Shown: in pieces, positions 8,374 through 16,856 of the stretch
Layout: each line of letters opens with the position of its first letter
Numbering within the stretch: the first letter of the stretch is position 1
Origin: a virus
Length of the DNA stretch: 64,000 nt
Virus record (IMG/VR): IMGVR_UViG_3300045988_111426
Strand: one strand, 5' to 3'
Position numbers and translations under genes: made by a program
Notes under the pieces: generated by a model
The model's input: the letters and a program-made list of their open reading frames with translations, nothing else
What the model was told of the DNA's origin: nothing
The model's database searches: none

Positions 8374-11300
8374 TTAGTCTTCTTGATACTTCATCTTTAT
8401 CGTTATGTCAAATGAGAAGATGTCATCGATGAACTTTTGTATGAGGTCAAAGCCGATAACTTTCTCATAGACCACGTTCTTGACACCATCTTCACCATTT
8501 ACACGCCCTTCACCTTGAGATCCATCACCATAATAGTCCGTCATTCTACATTCGAAGATGATCGGTATTCTGATTTCTGAATTGTTGATGATTAACCCTT
8601 TGTTGTAGATGTTCGTGTTGGTGCTTATCGCTTTCGGATTCTGAGGTGAAAGATAAACATAAGCACCACAGGTGTCTTTCCCGACGAGATATCTGTCATC
8701 GTGGTGGAAACCAATCTTGGAAGATTCACCGATTATCGATTTCACCGAGTTCGACTTGAAAGATGCACTCTGAACACTCTTCGCAATGATGTCTTTGATC
8801 GTGGATTTGTGTTCACTTTCCACACCACTTATGTTCTTGAAGAGTGGGTGATCTTTATGGAAGCAGAAATCTGTGAGATAGCCGTTTCCATCCACGAGTT
8901 TTCCATCAACAATCTTTGCGATGAACTGAGTCTCTGGTTTCCCTGTGGTTGCGTAATCTCCAAAGTTCAGCTCTTTTCTTTCTTCATTAAGCTTCTTTTC
9001 TGATGCATTCATCCCAGTCGTCGATTTCTTCCATTTTTCTACGATGCTGTCTTGAAGTGCAAGATCACGTGATCTCTGATAAACGAACTGTCCCTTCATC
9101 TGTGGAGATCCAAATGGAAGTCGATGTTCACCTTCACCATCGGTTTTAAAGCCGATGCAAGGGAAGTCATAGCGACGATAGCCGTAAGTCTTCTCATCGT
9201 GAACGTATCCACTCATGTCCTCGGTGACTGGTGTGTTAAAACCTGGGACATAAGACAAGAGTTCGGCATCTATCGACTTTGGATTTCTTATGCTCAAGTA
9301 GTATGTCTTCTGAATAATCGATCCCTTTGAGTTCGATTCAGTTTCATTCTTGTAATAACCAGCGAAGATCTTCACATGGTCATTGTTCTCAATGTTCATG
9401 ATCTTTTCCTCATTGCTATCAAGAATGGATATTTGAAGAGGAGAGTTCTTGATCCCATATCTTGATTCGATAGAGTCAATCGTTCTCTTCATCTCATCAA
9501 GAACCTGCATCACAGATTTCTGTTTGTTTTCACCATCAGTGAAGTAGTCCGTCGATATGTTACGTGAAGAATGGTGGAACATCTTCTCTCCCGATGTGTG
9601 GGAATCTGAAAGGTGATCATAAACACCAATTGATGTGAGTTCCTTCTCTATCATCGTGAGCATGTTGTCATCACCAATCCCTTCGAAAATCTTGGAAGAT
9701 GTGTCGACGAGATGCTGTGGGAATTCAACAATGACAGGTGATGACCATTCCGACATGTTGATAACTGTAGGATAGCCAGCTTCAGAGATCGAACGTACTC
9801 GGATTTCTACGTACTCATTTTTGGATATTGGAATGTCTACTTGATTTGGATTAATGCTATCAGCATCGAGTTCGTTCTCAGATTTCCATTCATACGCCCC
9901 AGTTGCAAGATTGTAGATTTTCTCTCTCTGATTCATTGGGAGCGTATTCCAATTCGAGTAGTACGCTTTGAGTTTCTCACCACTTGGGAGAATGTAGTCG
10001 ATCGTTTCTACGTTTGATTCTGTATTATCAGTTCGAAGATATCGATACTGACATTCAAACTTGATAATGTCGTAAGACACACCGTTATAAACCGTAGGTT
10101 CTGGTATAGCAAAAAACCCTCTGATTCTGTACTTTGGCTTGAATTCCTCAGAATCCCGAGTATACGTAAGGATGTCATTAACCAGAGAATAGAAAGTACT
10201 TACGAGGTTCTTTCTTTGCTTGTAATTCTCATCTATCGACTTCTGAAGTTTCTCACGTAGATTTTTATCGACAGTAGAACCCATCTCGTCTTTGAGTTTC
10301 ACTATCGATTTGTCGATGATTTCGATTTGGCTCTTTACGTTTTCCTTCTCGGCATATTTCTCTCTTACCTTCGTCTCGAACTGGTTTATTCTATGTGAAT
10401 TGATCAGCTTCACTTGCAGGTTTTTGGCTTCAAGGGAGGGGGTGTTCGGCTTCACATAAACATCCTTCTTCGCCGAAGAACCTCGGAGATTGTTGATTTT
10501 CTCTTCGACTTGAACGTCGGGTTTCACATAGACATTACAAGATCCCCATTCATCTGAAGCTATCCACTTCTGATTTATCGGTTTGATGAAGAGAATGAAT
10601 GGTTCTGATGAATGAAGCTCTACTGGGACAATTGTTCCAAACTCGTCTTCAATATCGATCTTGATCGTATCACCAATGGATACTTGTTCAAGACCATAAA
10701 CCGTGTTAAATCGGACATAACCAGTGGACTTGTCAATTTCCGAAACTGACCAAAGAGTGTTCTTACCAACAGTAAACTTTGATCCAACGGAAACTGATCT
10801 CGTAATTGTCACATCACCATCGATCGATTCTGTATACGAGAGATTCTGTCCAGATCCATTATCAAGAAGATAACCATCCTCGGAAATGTCCGATATCTTG
10901 AAATCTCGGGTGATGTTTCGTGATCTTGGTTTGACACAAACGATCGATTCTTGTTCTTTATATTTCTTCGCCGTAGAATGAAGATGTTTGAGGATATTCT
11001 CGTATTTCGTACCTGCAGAGAAATCATAACCATCGACGAAAAGCTTCTTTATCTGTACATGGGTGAAATCGTACTTATACTCTTCGACCTGCTTCGAAAT
11101 GTCAATATCAATAAACGTTGATTTTTCACCTTTGAGGTTTTCACGTGTGTATAATGACTTCGAAATGATGTCGTCCGTGATCGTTATCTCATTTGGTGTA
11201 AATCTCTTGATGTTTATAAGTTGTCTTCGAACGCCATCTTGTGTAACAACGTACGCCTGCATCTCACCATCTGCCACTATGTTCCTTATGTTCTTGTCGA

Positions 11301-11493
11301 TTCTTTCAAGTCTTCGGATGATGTGGGACAGAGAAGGTACGTCGAACGATTCTTTGCCGTTCTCAAGGATGTATTCTATTCTAACAGTATCAGATTCATC
11401 GATCATCATCTTTTGGAGGGCGTTGATTATCTCCAAAGACGTGATGTCATGTCTCGCTACATTCTCTAAAAACTTGTCTATACTGTTTGACAT
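8374..11493 (-). CDS. large late (virion structural) protein, function unknown
   Basis: 1039-aa ORF with a late-type box at 11515..11529 just upstream. It contains an FN3-like stretch (EYVEIRVRSISEAGYPTV...SSPVIVEFP). Confidence 0.6.
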   Translation of the reverse strand: MSNSIDKFLENVARHDITSLEIINALQKMMIDESDTVRIEYILENGKESFDVPSLSHIIRRLERIDKNIRNIVADGEMQAYVVTQDGVRRQLINIKRFTPNEITITDDIISKSLYTRENLKGEKSTFIDIDISKQVEEYKYDFTHVQIKKLFVDGYDFSAGTKYENILKHLHSTAKKYKEQESIVCVKPRSRNITRDFKISDISEDGYLLDNGSGQNLSYTESIDGDVTITRSVSVGSKFTVGKNTLWSVSEIDKSTGYVRFNTVYGLEQVSIGDTIKIDIEDEFGTIVPVELHSSEPFILFIKPINQKWIASDEWGSCNVYVKPDVQVEEKINNLRGSSAKKDVYVKPNTPSLEAKNLQVKLINSHRINQFETKVREKYAEKENVKSQIEIIDKSIVKLKDEMGSTVDKNLREKLQKSIDENYKQRKNLVSTFYSLVNDILTYTRDSEEFKPKYRIRGFFAIPEPTVYNGVSYDIIKFECQYRYLRTDNTESNVETIDYILPSGEKLKAYYSNWNTLPMNQREKIYNLATGAYEWKSENELDADSINPNQVDIPISKNEYVEIRVRSISEAGYPTVINMSEWSSPVIVEFPQHLVDTSSKIFEGIGDDNMLTMIEKELTSIGVYDHLSDSHTSGEKMFHHSSRNISTDYFTDGENKQKSVMQVLDEMKRTIDSIESRYGIKNSPLQISILDSNEEKIMNIENNDHVKIFAGYYKNETESNSKGSIIQKTYYLSIRNPKSIDAELLSYVPGFNTPVTEDMSGYVHDEKTYGYRRYDFPCIGFKTDGEGEHRLPFGSPQMKGQFVYQRSRDLALQDSIVEKWKKSTTGMNASEKKLNEERKELNFGDYATTGKPETQFIAKIVDGKLVDGNGYLTDFCFHKDHPLFKNISGVESEHKSTIKDIIAKSVQSASFKSNSVKSIIGESSKIGFHHDDRYLVGKDTCGAYVYLSPQNPKAISTNTNIYNKGLIINNSEIRIPIIFECRMTDYYGDGSQGEGRVNGEDGVKNVVYEKVIGFDLIQKFIDDIFSFDITIKMKYQED

Positions 11494-11514
11494 AATGTCG
11501 AAGTCTTTTTTTAA

Positions 11515-11529
11515 TTTGTGTTATTTACC
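11515..11529 (-). promoter_or_regulatory. late-type box (coding strand GGTAAATAACACAAA)
   Basis: Upstream of ATG 11493. Confidence 0.5.
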
Positions 11530-11541
11530 TTTCCGAAAAAG

Positions 11542-11550
11542 TATATAAAC
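11542..11550 (+). promoter_or_regulatory. late-like box TATATAAAC, back-to-back with 11515..11529
   Basis: 18 nt upstream of ATG 11569. The same 9-mer occurs at 42004..42012. Confidence 0.4.
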
Positions 11551-11568
11551 TAATCAAAATCCGCTTTT

Positions 11569-11985
11569 ATGATACATTATAACAGTAAGTTAATACGATT
11601 TCTCCTGCCCAAGGGTTATAGTGCTATGATGTTGTTTGGTCATGTGTTTATCAGATCAACGAAGAATGATGCCGATAGCGTCATCGTGAACCACGAACTA
11701 ATACACGTAGAACAATGGAAAGAACTAACGTTTGCAGTATTCGCAATTCTTAATGTTCCTTTCATAGGTAGCATCAATATCAAGTACACGATCCTCACGA
11801 TGCTTCTTGCGTTCTGTGCGTTCTATGTGTGGTATTTCTTGGAATATCTCATCAGACTTGCGATAAAGAAGAACCACGACGAAGCTTACATGAACATATC
11901 CTTTGAAAAGGAAGCTTATCTGAATGAGGGGAAACCGAGATACTTAGAAAACCGAGACTACTTCTCATTTATCAAGTATCTCTAA
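11569..11985 (+). CDS. membrane protein with HExxH (HELIHVEQ) metallopeptidase-like motif
   Basis: 138 aa. NHELIHVEQW is followed by hydrophobic helices (FAVFAILNVPFIG, ILTMLLAFCAFYVWYFLEYLI). It has its own TATATAAAC box (11542..11550) and terminator (12018..12052). Confidence 0.4.
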   Translation: MIHYNSKLIRFLLPKGYSAMMLFGHVFIRSTKNDADSVIVNHELIHVEQWKELTFAVFAILNVPFIGSINIKYTILTMLLAFCAFYVWYFLEYLIRLAIKKNHDEAYMNISFEKEAYLNEGKPRYLENRDYFSFIKYL

Positions 11986-12017
11986 GGGAGAAAAAGAAAA
12001 TTGTAAAAAGAAGAAAA

Positions 12018-12052
12018 GGTGGCTATCGGAGATGATCTCTCTGATAGCCACC
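12018..12052 (+). terminator. rho-independent terminator of 11569..11985
   Basis: GGTGGCTATC...GATAGCCACC stem followed by TTCTTTAT. Confidence 0.65.
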
Positions 12053-12085
12053 TTCTTTATAAACATACTCTTCTGATTAAAGAGA

Positions 12086-12160
12086 GGTACTTTCCTTGCA
12101 CTCTGACAGATTCTCTCGTGTTTTCATATTCTTGAATAGTTTCGAATGCAAGGGAAGTGT
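12086..12160 (+). promoter_or_regulatory. cassette E4a
   Basis: TTG 12096-12098, N20, TGTTTTCA 12119-12126, then GCAAGGGAAGTG. Shares the left flank TACTCTTCTGATTAAAGAGA with E1. Confidence 0.55.
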
Positions 12161-12184
12161 GTTCGAAAGCTTAAATCAAAGAGA

Positions 12185-12258
12185 GGTACTTTCCTTGCGC
12201 TCGAAGATGTTCCATCGTGTTTTCATAATCTTGAAAGAAAAGAGCGCAAGGGAAATAC
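12185..12258 (+). promoter_or_regulatory. cassette E4b
   Basis: TTG 12195-12197, N20, TGTTTTCA 12218-12225, then GAGCGCAAGGGAAATAC. The arms extend to GCGCTC/GAGCGC. Confidence 0.55.
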
Positions 12259-12341
12259 ACTCGAGAGCCTTGTATGAGTAGTTTTTGTTACTAGTCCACA
12301 CAAGGCTCTCTCTTTATATTGATGTTAAAAATCGTGGGTCT

Positions 12342-13937
12342 TTATATTCCGAGTTTTGCTTTTGTTCTTTCGATCACAGCGTTGAATCTCTTCACGTCTT
12401 GGGATGCGACATTTACAAGATAAGGCAAGGTGTCAGACTTGTTTTCATAATCCCCATCATCGACCACGTTCTTGATATACTTCTTGTAGTCCGATGTTGA
12501 TCGATAACCGTCGATCTTGTAGGCAATGTTCACCAGAGAGTTGTAGAATGAATCGACAAGCTTTCTATCATCTTTGATAACGTTTATTATGGAGAAAGCA
12601 TCACTAATGTTTGCGACATCTTCGGCTTCATTTACCTTGAAGATTTTCTTGAGGACATCTCTTGATCCGTTTGTGATATCATATCTCTTACGTTCTCCAC
12701 AACTTTCCACGATGAGGGTCTTTGTTTTATGATTTCGGAAACCAGTGACCACAGGTCGGATCTTCATTCCTTCGTGTTCAAACACTCTCCCTTCATTGAC
12801 CTGTATCTCGTTGCGATCATCATCAAGGAAGACCTGATCGATTTCTCCTATGTTCTCCTCGATTTCGTTAATGATGTTATCTACGATTTCCTTAGACTTG
12901 TCATCATCGCTCTTCTTCTGGATGTACTCACGCTTCCCAAGCAGAATGTAGTAGATTTCCATGATTCTCTCGTTCTCACGGATATCTTCTGGGAGACTTT
13001 CGATTTTTTCAATCTGTTCATTCAGAACTGAGATTTCCTTCTGAAGATCCGCATCGACATCTTCTACAATGTCTTCGACATCATCATCTTCTCCGTCTTC
13101 GTCCTTATTCATCTGTCTACCTGCTGGTTTATCATCTTCACCACTTGCTCTGCCTTCAAGTGCTTCCATGACGGAAACTGGGGATTGAAGAAGAGGTGTG
13201 ATATCAACACCATAGTACTCAAAGATCGTGTCGATAACATCTTGAGTTACTCTAAAAGTGTTCTCTGTTCCTGCGACATAGTCAATAACAATTGCATAGT
13301 CACCCGAATCAGAGTTCATAATACAAATCCACGTGTCACTTTCATCGGTGGCAGTCATTATAACATAACCGATGTAATCTCTGAATGAGAGATCTTCATA
13401 GACCTTCGCATCAACAGTTGGTGGGATTGAATCAACAGAGTAAATCGGTTCTACTAAAGTCACTCTATCGAGAGTGTTGAGAACATCAGTAGCAATTTTG
13501 TCTCCATAGTACTCTTTGAGAAGTCTCAGAAGTCGTAAAGACGTTCCATCACCATATAGTACGTCATTTCTGAAATCTTCTGTAAGGATTCCGTTCTCGT
13601 CGATTATTGTCAGATATTCGATAGAAGGCACGCTATACGATCTGAACAATTCAAGGACATGTTGGAAGTCGTATTCTGTTTCAAGATTGTCACCGAGTTC
13701 AATCACTCTATCACAGAGTTCTCTCGCTTTATCGACGTTTTTCTCATCTTCGGATTCCAGTTTTTTGTCGACAATATCTACAACATGTTCGAGGTCTTCA
13801 TAGTTGTATGCAATCTGTTCAATGGTGTCACCACTTTCGAAGAGGAAATATTCATCATCTTCAAAGATTCTCACTGGTTTAGATTTGTGTTCGAGGATTC
13901 GCTTTCCTTGTTTGTATGATTTGTTCCAATTGTTCAT
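12342..13937 (-). CDS. acidic late protein, function unknown (scaffold or internal protein possible)
   Basis: 531 aa, with long D/E tracts (GEDDKPAGRQMNKDEDGEDDDVEDIVEDVDAD) and coiled-coil-like segments. Late-type box at 13949..13964. Confidence 0.55.
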   Translation of the reverse strand: MNNWNKSYKQGKRILEHKSKPVRIFEDDEYFLFESGDTIEQIAYNYEDLEHVVDIVDKKLESEDEKNVDKARELCDRVIELGDNLETEYDFQHVLELFRSYSVPSIEYLTIIDENGILTEDFRNDVLYGDGTSLRLLRLLKEYYGDKIATDVLNTLDRVTLVEPIYSVDSIPPTVDAKVYEDLSFRDYIGYVIMTATDESDTWICIMNSDSGDYAIVIDYVAGTENTFRVTQDVIDTIFEYYGVDITPLLQSPVSVMEALEGRASGEDDKPAGRQMNKDEDGEDDDVEDIVEDVDADLQKEISVLNEQIEKIESLPEDIRENERIMEIYYILLGKREYIQKKSDDDKSKEIVDNIINEIEENIGEIDQVFLDDDRNEIQVNEGRVFEHEGMKIRPVVTGFRNHKTKTLIVESCGERKRYDITNGSRDVLKKIFKVNEAEDVANISDAFSIINVIKDDRKLVDSFYNSLVNIAYKIDGYRSTSDYKKYIKNVVDDGDYENKSDTLPYLVNVASQDVKRFNAVIERTKAKLGI

Positions 13938-13948
13938 ATCGATCAGAA

Positions 13949-13964
13949 ACGTTTGCTTATTTAG
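13949..13964 (-). promoter_or_regulatory. late-type box (CTAAATAAGCAAACGT)
   Basis: 11 nt upstream of ATG 13937. Overlaps the stop region of the upstream gene. Confidence 0.5.
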
Positions 13965-14806
13965 ATTTCTTCACCTGCCCAGAAATCTTCTGTTTGTTCG
14001 TGTGTCTTTATCTCGGAAGATGAGGGGACAATATTAATTGGATATTTCCGAGTTCCATTTCCACCGATCACCACCTTCGTGTTGATGAAAGTTACCTTTG
14101 CTTGGTTCTTCTTCATCATTATCGTGGTCTCATCAATGATAGGTCTGACAGTGTCGAGCTTCAAGGCAAGCTTCATCATTGGTAGTTTATCATTCGCATT
14201 AGACTTGAAAGACAAATTCTTCTCCATCTGTGCGTTCTCGGGGAAAGTCACTGTACAAGGCAGTCCTTGGAAACCTTTGTATCTGAAATAGAACATGTTC
14301 GCTTTCCAGAGCTTTTCAATAAAAGCGTCATAGATCTTCATTCGTTCTATTTCAGAAGATGCTTTGATTTCAATGCTGACGTTGAATTGTTCGGGGACAA
14401 AGTTTGTACGTGCCGAGAATGTTTCCGTAGAAACACCCATTTCGTTTTCGACATCCATCACAAACTCTGCACGTTCATAACCGCCCGACATCTGGTTTGG
14501 TTGAAGTCCAGCACTTTCAAAAGTGAAGACACCGTATGGAACTTTACGATACTGTCCTTCTACTATCTTTTTGTAGTCATCTTCTGTCAAGTCGTCTTGT
14601 AACCATTCATATTGATGAGGATCAAGGAACATATCGGAAAGATACTGCTGATCGACAGAACCATAGAAGATCTTGACGGTTTTGAGGATTTCTTCACCAT
14701 CTTTCACCTCGACGATCTTTATCACATCATACAAGAACTTTGATAAGGCAACGATGATGTTTCGCATGAAAACATCATCGTTGTTCTTCTTCACTATAAA
14801 GTCCAT
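13961..14806 (-). CDS. possible gp15-like tail completion/sheath stabiliser protein
   Basis: 281 aa directly after the portal gene. There is loose positional similarity to remembered T4 gp15 (FMRNIIVALSKFLYDVIKI vs FRRYATLMGDLFSNIQIK; FNVSIEIKASSEIERMKIYDAFIEKLW vs MIYELSIFTRYEDDMFQIVEQILPYF). Weak. Confidence 0.3.
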   Translation of the reverse strand: MDFIVKKNNDDVFMRNIIVALSKFLYDVIKIVEVKDGEEILKTVKIFYGSVDQQYLSDMFLDPHQYEWLQDDLTEDDYKKIVEGQYRKVPYGVFTFESAGLQPNQMSGGYERAEFVMDVENEMGVSTETFSARTNFVPEQFNVSIEIKASSEIERMKIYDAFIEKLWKANMFYFRYKGFQGLPCTVTFPENAQMEKNLSFKSNANDKLPMMKLALKLDTVRPIIDETTIMMKKNQAKVTFINTKVVIGGNGTRKYPINIVPSSSEIKTHEQTEDFWAGEEI

Positions 14807-14812
14807 TAGTTT

Positions 14813-16483
14813 TTAACCTTCTTGTTTTTCTTTGTTTTTCTCTGCTTCCTTGATTCTTTCGTTCTCTTCCCATTCTTCCTCGGTGAAGACCTTGAACTTC
14901 GTCACGTAAAGGAACTTCTGTGAGAACAGCATTCCACCATCTTCGCCCTTTATGTTTTCATAGTTTTTGACGAGTTCATATCTTGCACGCATGATCTCTG
15001 CCTGTCGAGATTCTTCAAAGAGGAAGTTCGTGTTGAAAGTGAAACCGATGCTCGACTTCAATGATTGGAAAGCTACGAGATCCTTACAATCAAGAAGAGA
15101 CTGTATGTAAATCGGCTTCTTGAGGACTTCTGCGAACGATGCTCTTATTCTGTTTATGAAGTTTGCATAGGACATGTCCTCATAAGTGACACTATCCGCC
15201 TTGAAGATTATCGCTCTCGAGTTCGATTGATCTCTGTCGTATCTGTTCAGTGGAATACGAGAATCTTTTCGAAGTGCTCGGTTGAAATAGTCCACGACCT
15301 TCATCGATGAAAGATCTGGCCCACTGCTCTGCAGAACATCAACTTGAGGAGATTGACCGTTTCGATTTGGGAAGACAATGTTACGTGAGTAGTTAATTCT
15401 TGGTTCTCCGTTAATAGTGACTTCCCCAGTCATAGCATTTACAAACAGATCTTCTTGGTAGTTGTTTGTTACCTTTCGAAGTGCTTCCTTTGCCTTATCT
15501 CTCGTCTTGTTGGCGATCGGTATTACCATCTTGAGCTTGTATTGCGAGTTCATGATAAACCATCCAACAGTAGAATCTTCAAGTTTTCTCTTGAGGTTGA
15601 AGTTTCTTATAAGTCTTTCAACATAGGAAACGTTTCCAGACGTTGATTCATCATAATAAGAGATTCTGATGACTTGGTTGTCAGAAAGGTAGCTTCCGTT
15701 TTCTGCATAGAACCAATAAACCTTTCCAGATTCGTTATCTATTATCTTCTCCAGTTTTGCAGGGTCTAACTCAACAAAACCGATGATTTTCATTGGTACA
15801 ACATCTTCACCATCTTCACCGTTCTGCATAGACATTGAAGACGATAGGTTGTAGATTTCTTCATACTTTCTTAAAGCTCTTTCCTCTCTCTTTCTCTCTG
15901 CAACGAGTGTTGATCTTTTTACATCGTTCTTCATATGAGATATCGATTCATTCACTGATCGAATTTTCCCCTTTATGGATTCGATCTTTGATATGATCTC
16001 TGATTTCTTCTCATATTCATACACGATTTCATAGGCAATAGCACCATCGACGAGATAAGATCTGAACTTCTTCCAAAGGTTGTTAGATTGGTCGAACTTG
16101 AGCATGCTGTAAATCTCGTCGAAGTTCTTCTTGATAACAGAAACGTGATAGGCGAGTAGCTTCTCTTCTCTTATGTTTATCGAACAAGCCATCCCGAACT
16201 CATCGGGGATTATTGAATCGTCACATACGCTATCAAGAATGTACTCTATTTCGTTATATGATGCGAACTTACGATAAACATCTCTCTTACTTTCGTAGGA
16301 CATATCCTCGTAAGGATCATGACTTTCTCTTTGTTTGTCGTCATAGATGTCATCGTCATCACCATCTTTTGCGATTGACTTCGTTCTCGCTATTATAGAA
16401 TAATCAATTCCGATATCTGATATCGATTTCGCATACTTTGAAATGAGACCAGCAACGAATCCATTGCTTTTTCTTCTTTGCAT
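14813..16483 (-). CDS. portal vertex protein (T4 gp20-like)
   Basis: YRKFASYNEIEYILDSVCDDSII...WKKFRSYLVDGAIAYEIV aligns with remembered T4 gp20 [23 protein letters not shown]...FRRWYVDSRIFFHKI. The C-terminal block YFNRALRKDSRIPLNRY aligns with WFRQALYMALRVPLSRI. Confidence 0.88.
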   Translation of the reverse strand: MQRRKSNGFVAGLISKYAKSISDIGIDYSIIARTKSIAKDGDDDDIYDDKQRESHDPYEDMSYESKRDVYRKFASYNEIEYILDSVCDDSIIPDEFGMACSINIREEKLLAYHVSVIKKNFDEIYSMLKFDQSNNLWKKFRSYLVDGAIAYEIVYEYEKKSEIISKIESIKGKIRSVNESISHMKNDVKRSTLVAERKREERALRKYEEIYNLSSSMSMQNGEDGEDVVPMKIIGFVELDPAKLEKIIDNESGKVYWFYAENGSYLSDNQVIRISYYDESTSGNVSYVERLIRNFNLKRKLEDSTVGWFIMNSQYKLKMVIPIANKTRDKAKEALRKVTNNYQEDLFVNAMTGEVTINGEPRINYSRNIVFPNRNGQSPQVDVLQSSGPDLSSMKVVDYFNRALRKDSRIPLNRYDRDQSNSRAIIFKADSVTYEDMSYANFINRIRASFAEVLKKPIYIQSLLDCKDLVAFQSLKSSIGFTFNTNFLFEESRQAEIMRARYELVKNYENIKGEDGGMLFSQKFLYVTKFKVFTEEEWEENERIKEAEKNKEKQEG

Positions 16484-16489
16484 AAGAGA

Positions 16490-16505
16490 ATATTTCGTTA
16501 TTTAA
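16490..16505 (-). promoter_or_regulatory. late-type box (TTAAATAACGAAATAT)
   Basis: 6 nt upstream of the portal ATG 16483. Confidence 0.55.
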
Positions 16506-16536
16506 AAAACCTATCTGACCGTCGTTAGGGAAAATC

Positions 16537-16570
16537 GTGATGGCTACCGTCTCCCGACGACAGCCATCAC
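16537..16570 (-). terminator. hairpin H1 (loop carries TCTCCCGACGA)
   Basis: GTGATGGCT / AGCCATCAC 9-bp stem. Confidence 0.45.
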
Positions 16571-16667
16571 ATCCATTTTAAGCTAATTCCTTCTTGTTAC
16601 TAAAATCAGATCAACGATCTTATATTCTTGTGAATGTGACTGTTTTCTCAATGTTTCAAAAAACTCA

Positions 16668-16701
16668 GTCGGGGCTATCATCTCCCGACGATAACCCCGA
16701 C
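16668..16701 (-). terminator. hairpin H2, likely sheath-gene terminator (loop carries TCTCCCGAC)
   Basis: GTCGGGGCTATC / GATAACCCCGAC. An A6 run on the plus side gives a U-tract on the minus transcript. Confidence 0.6.
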
Positions 16702-16778
16702 ATAACAACTTAACAACAGCTATGTTTACATTTTCCGAAGTTCTTATAAATCACGGAAATAGAGTGGTTTATGAAGAG

Positions 16779-16812
16779 ATTGGGCTGTCGAGATTTCTCC
16801 CAACAGCCCAAT
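16779..16812 (-). terminator. hairpin H3 (loop carries TTCTCCCAA)
   Basis: ATTGGGCTG / CAGCCCAAT 9-bp stem. Confidence 0.4.
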
Positions 16813-16856
16813 CCACAAAGTTTAATAACAACTATGGTCTTCAGTTCCCAAAGTTC

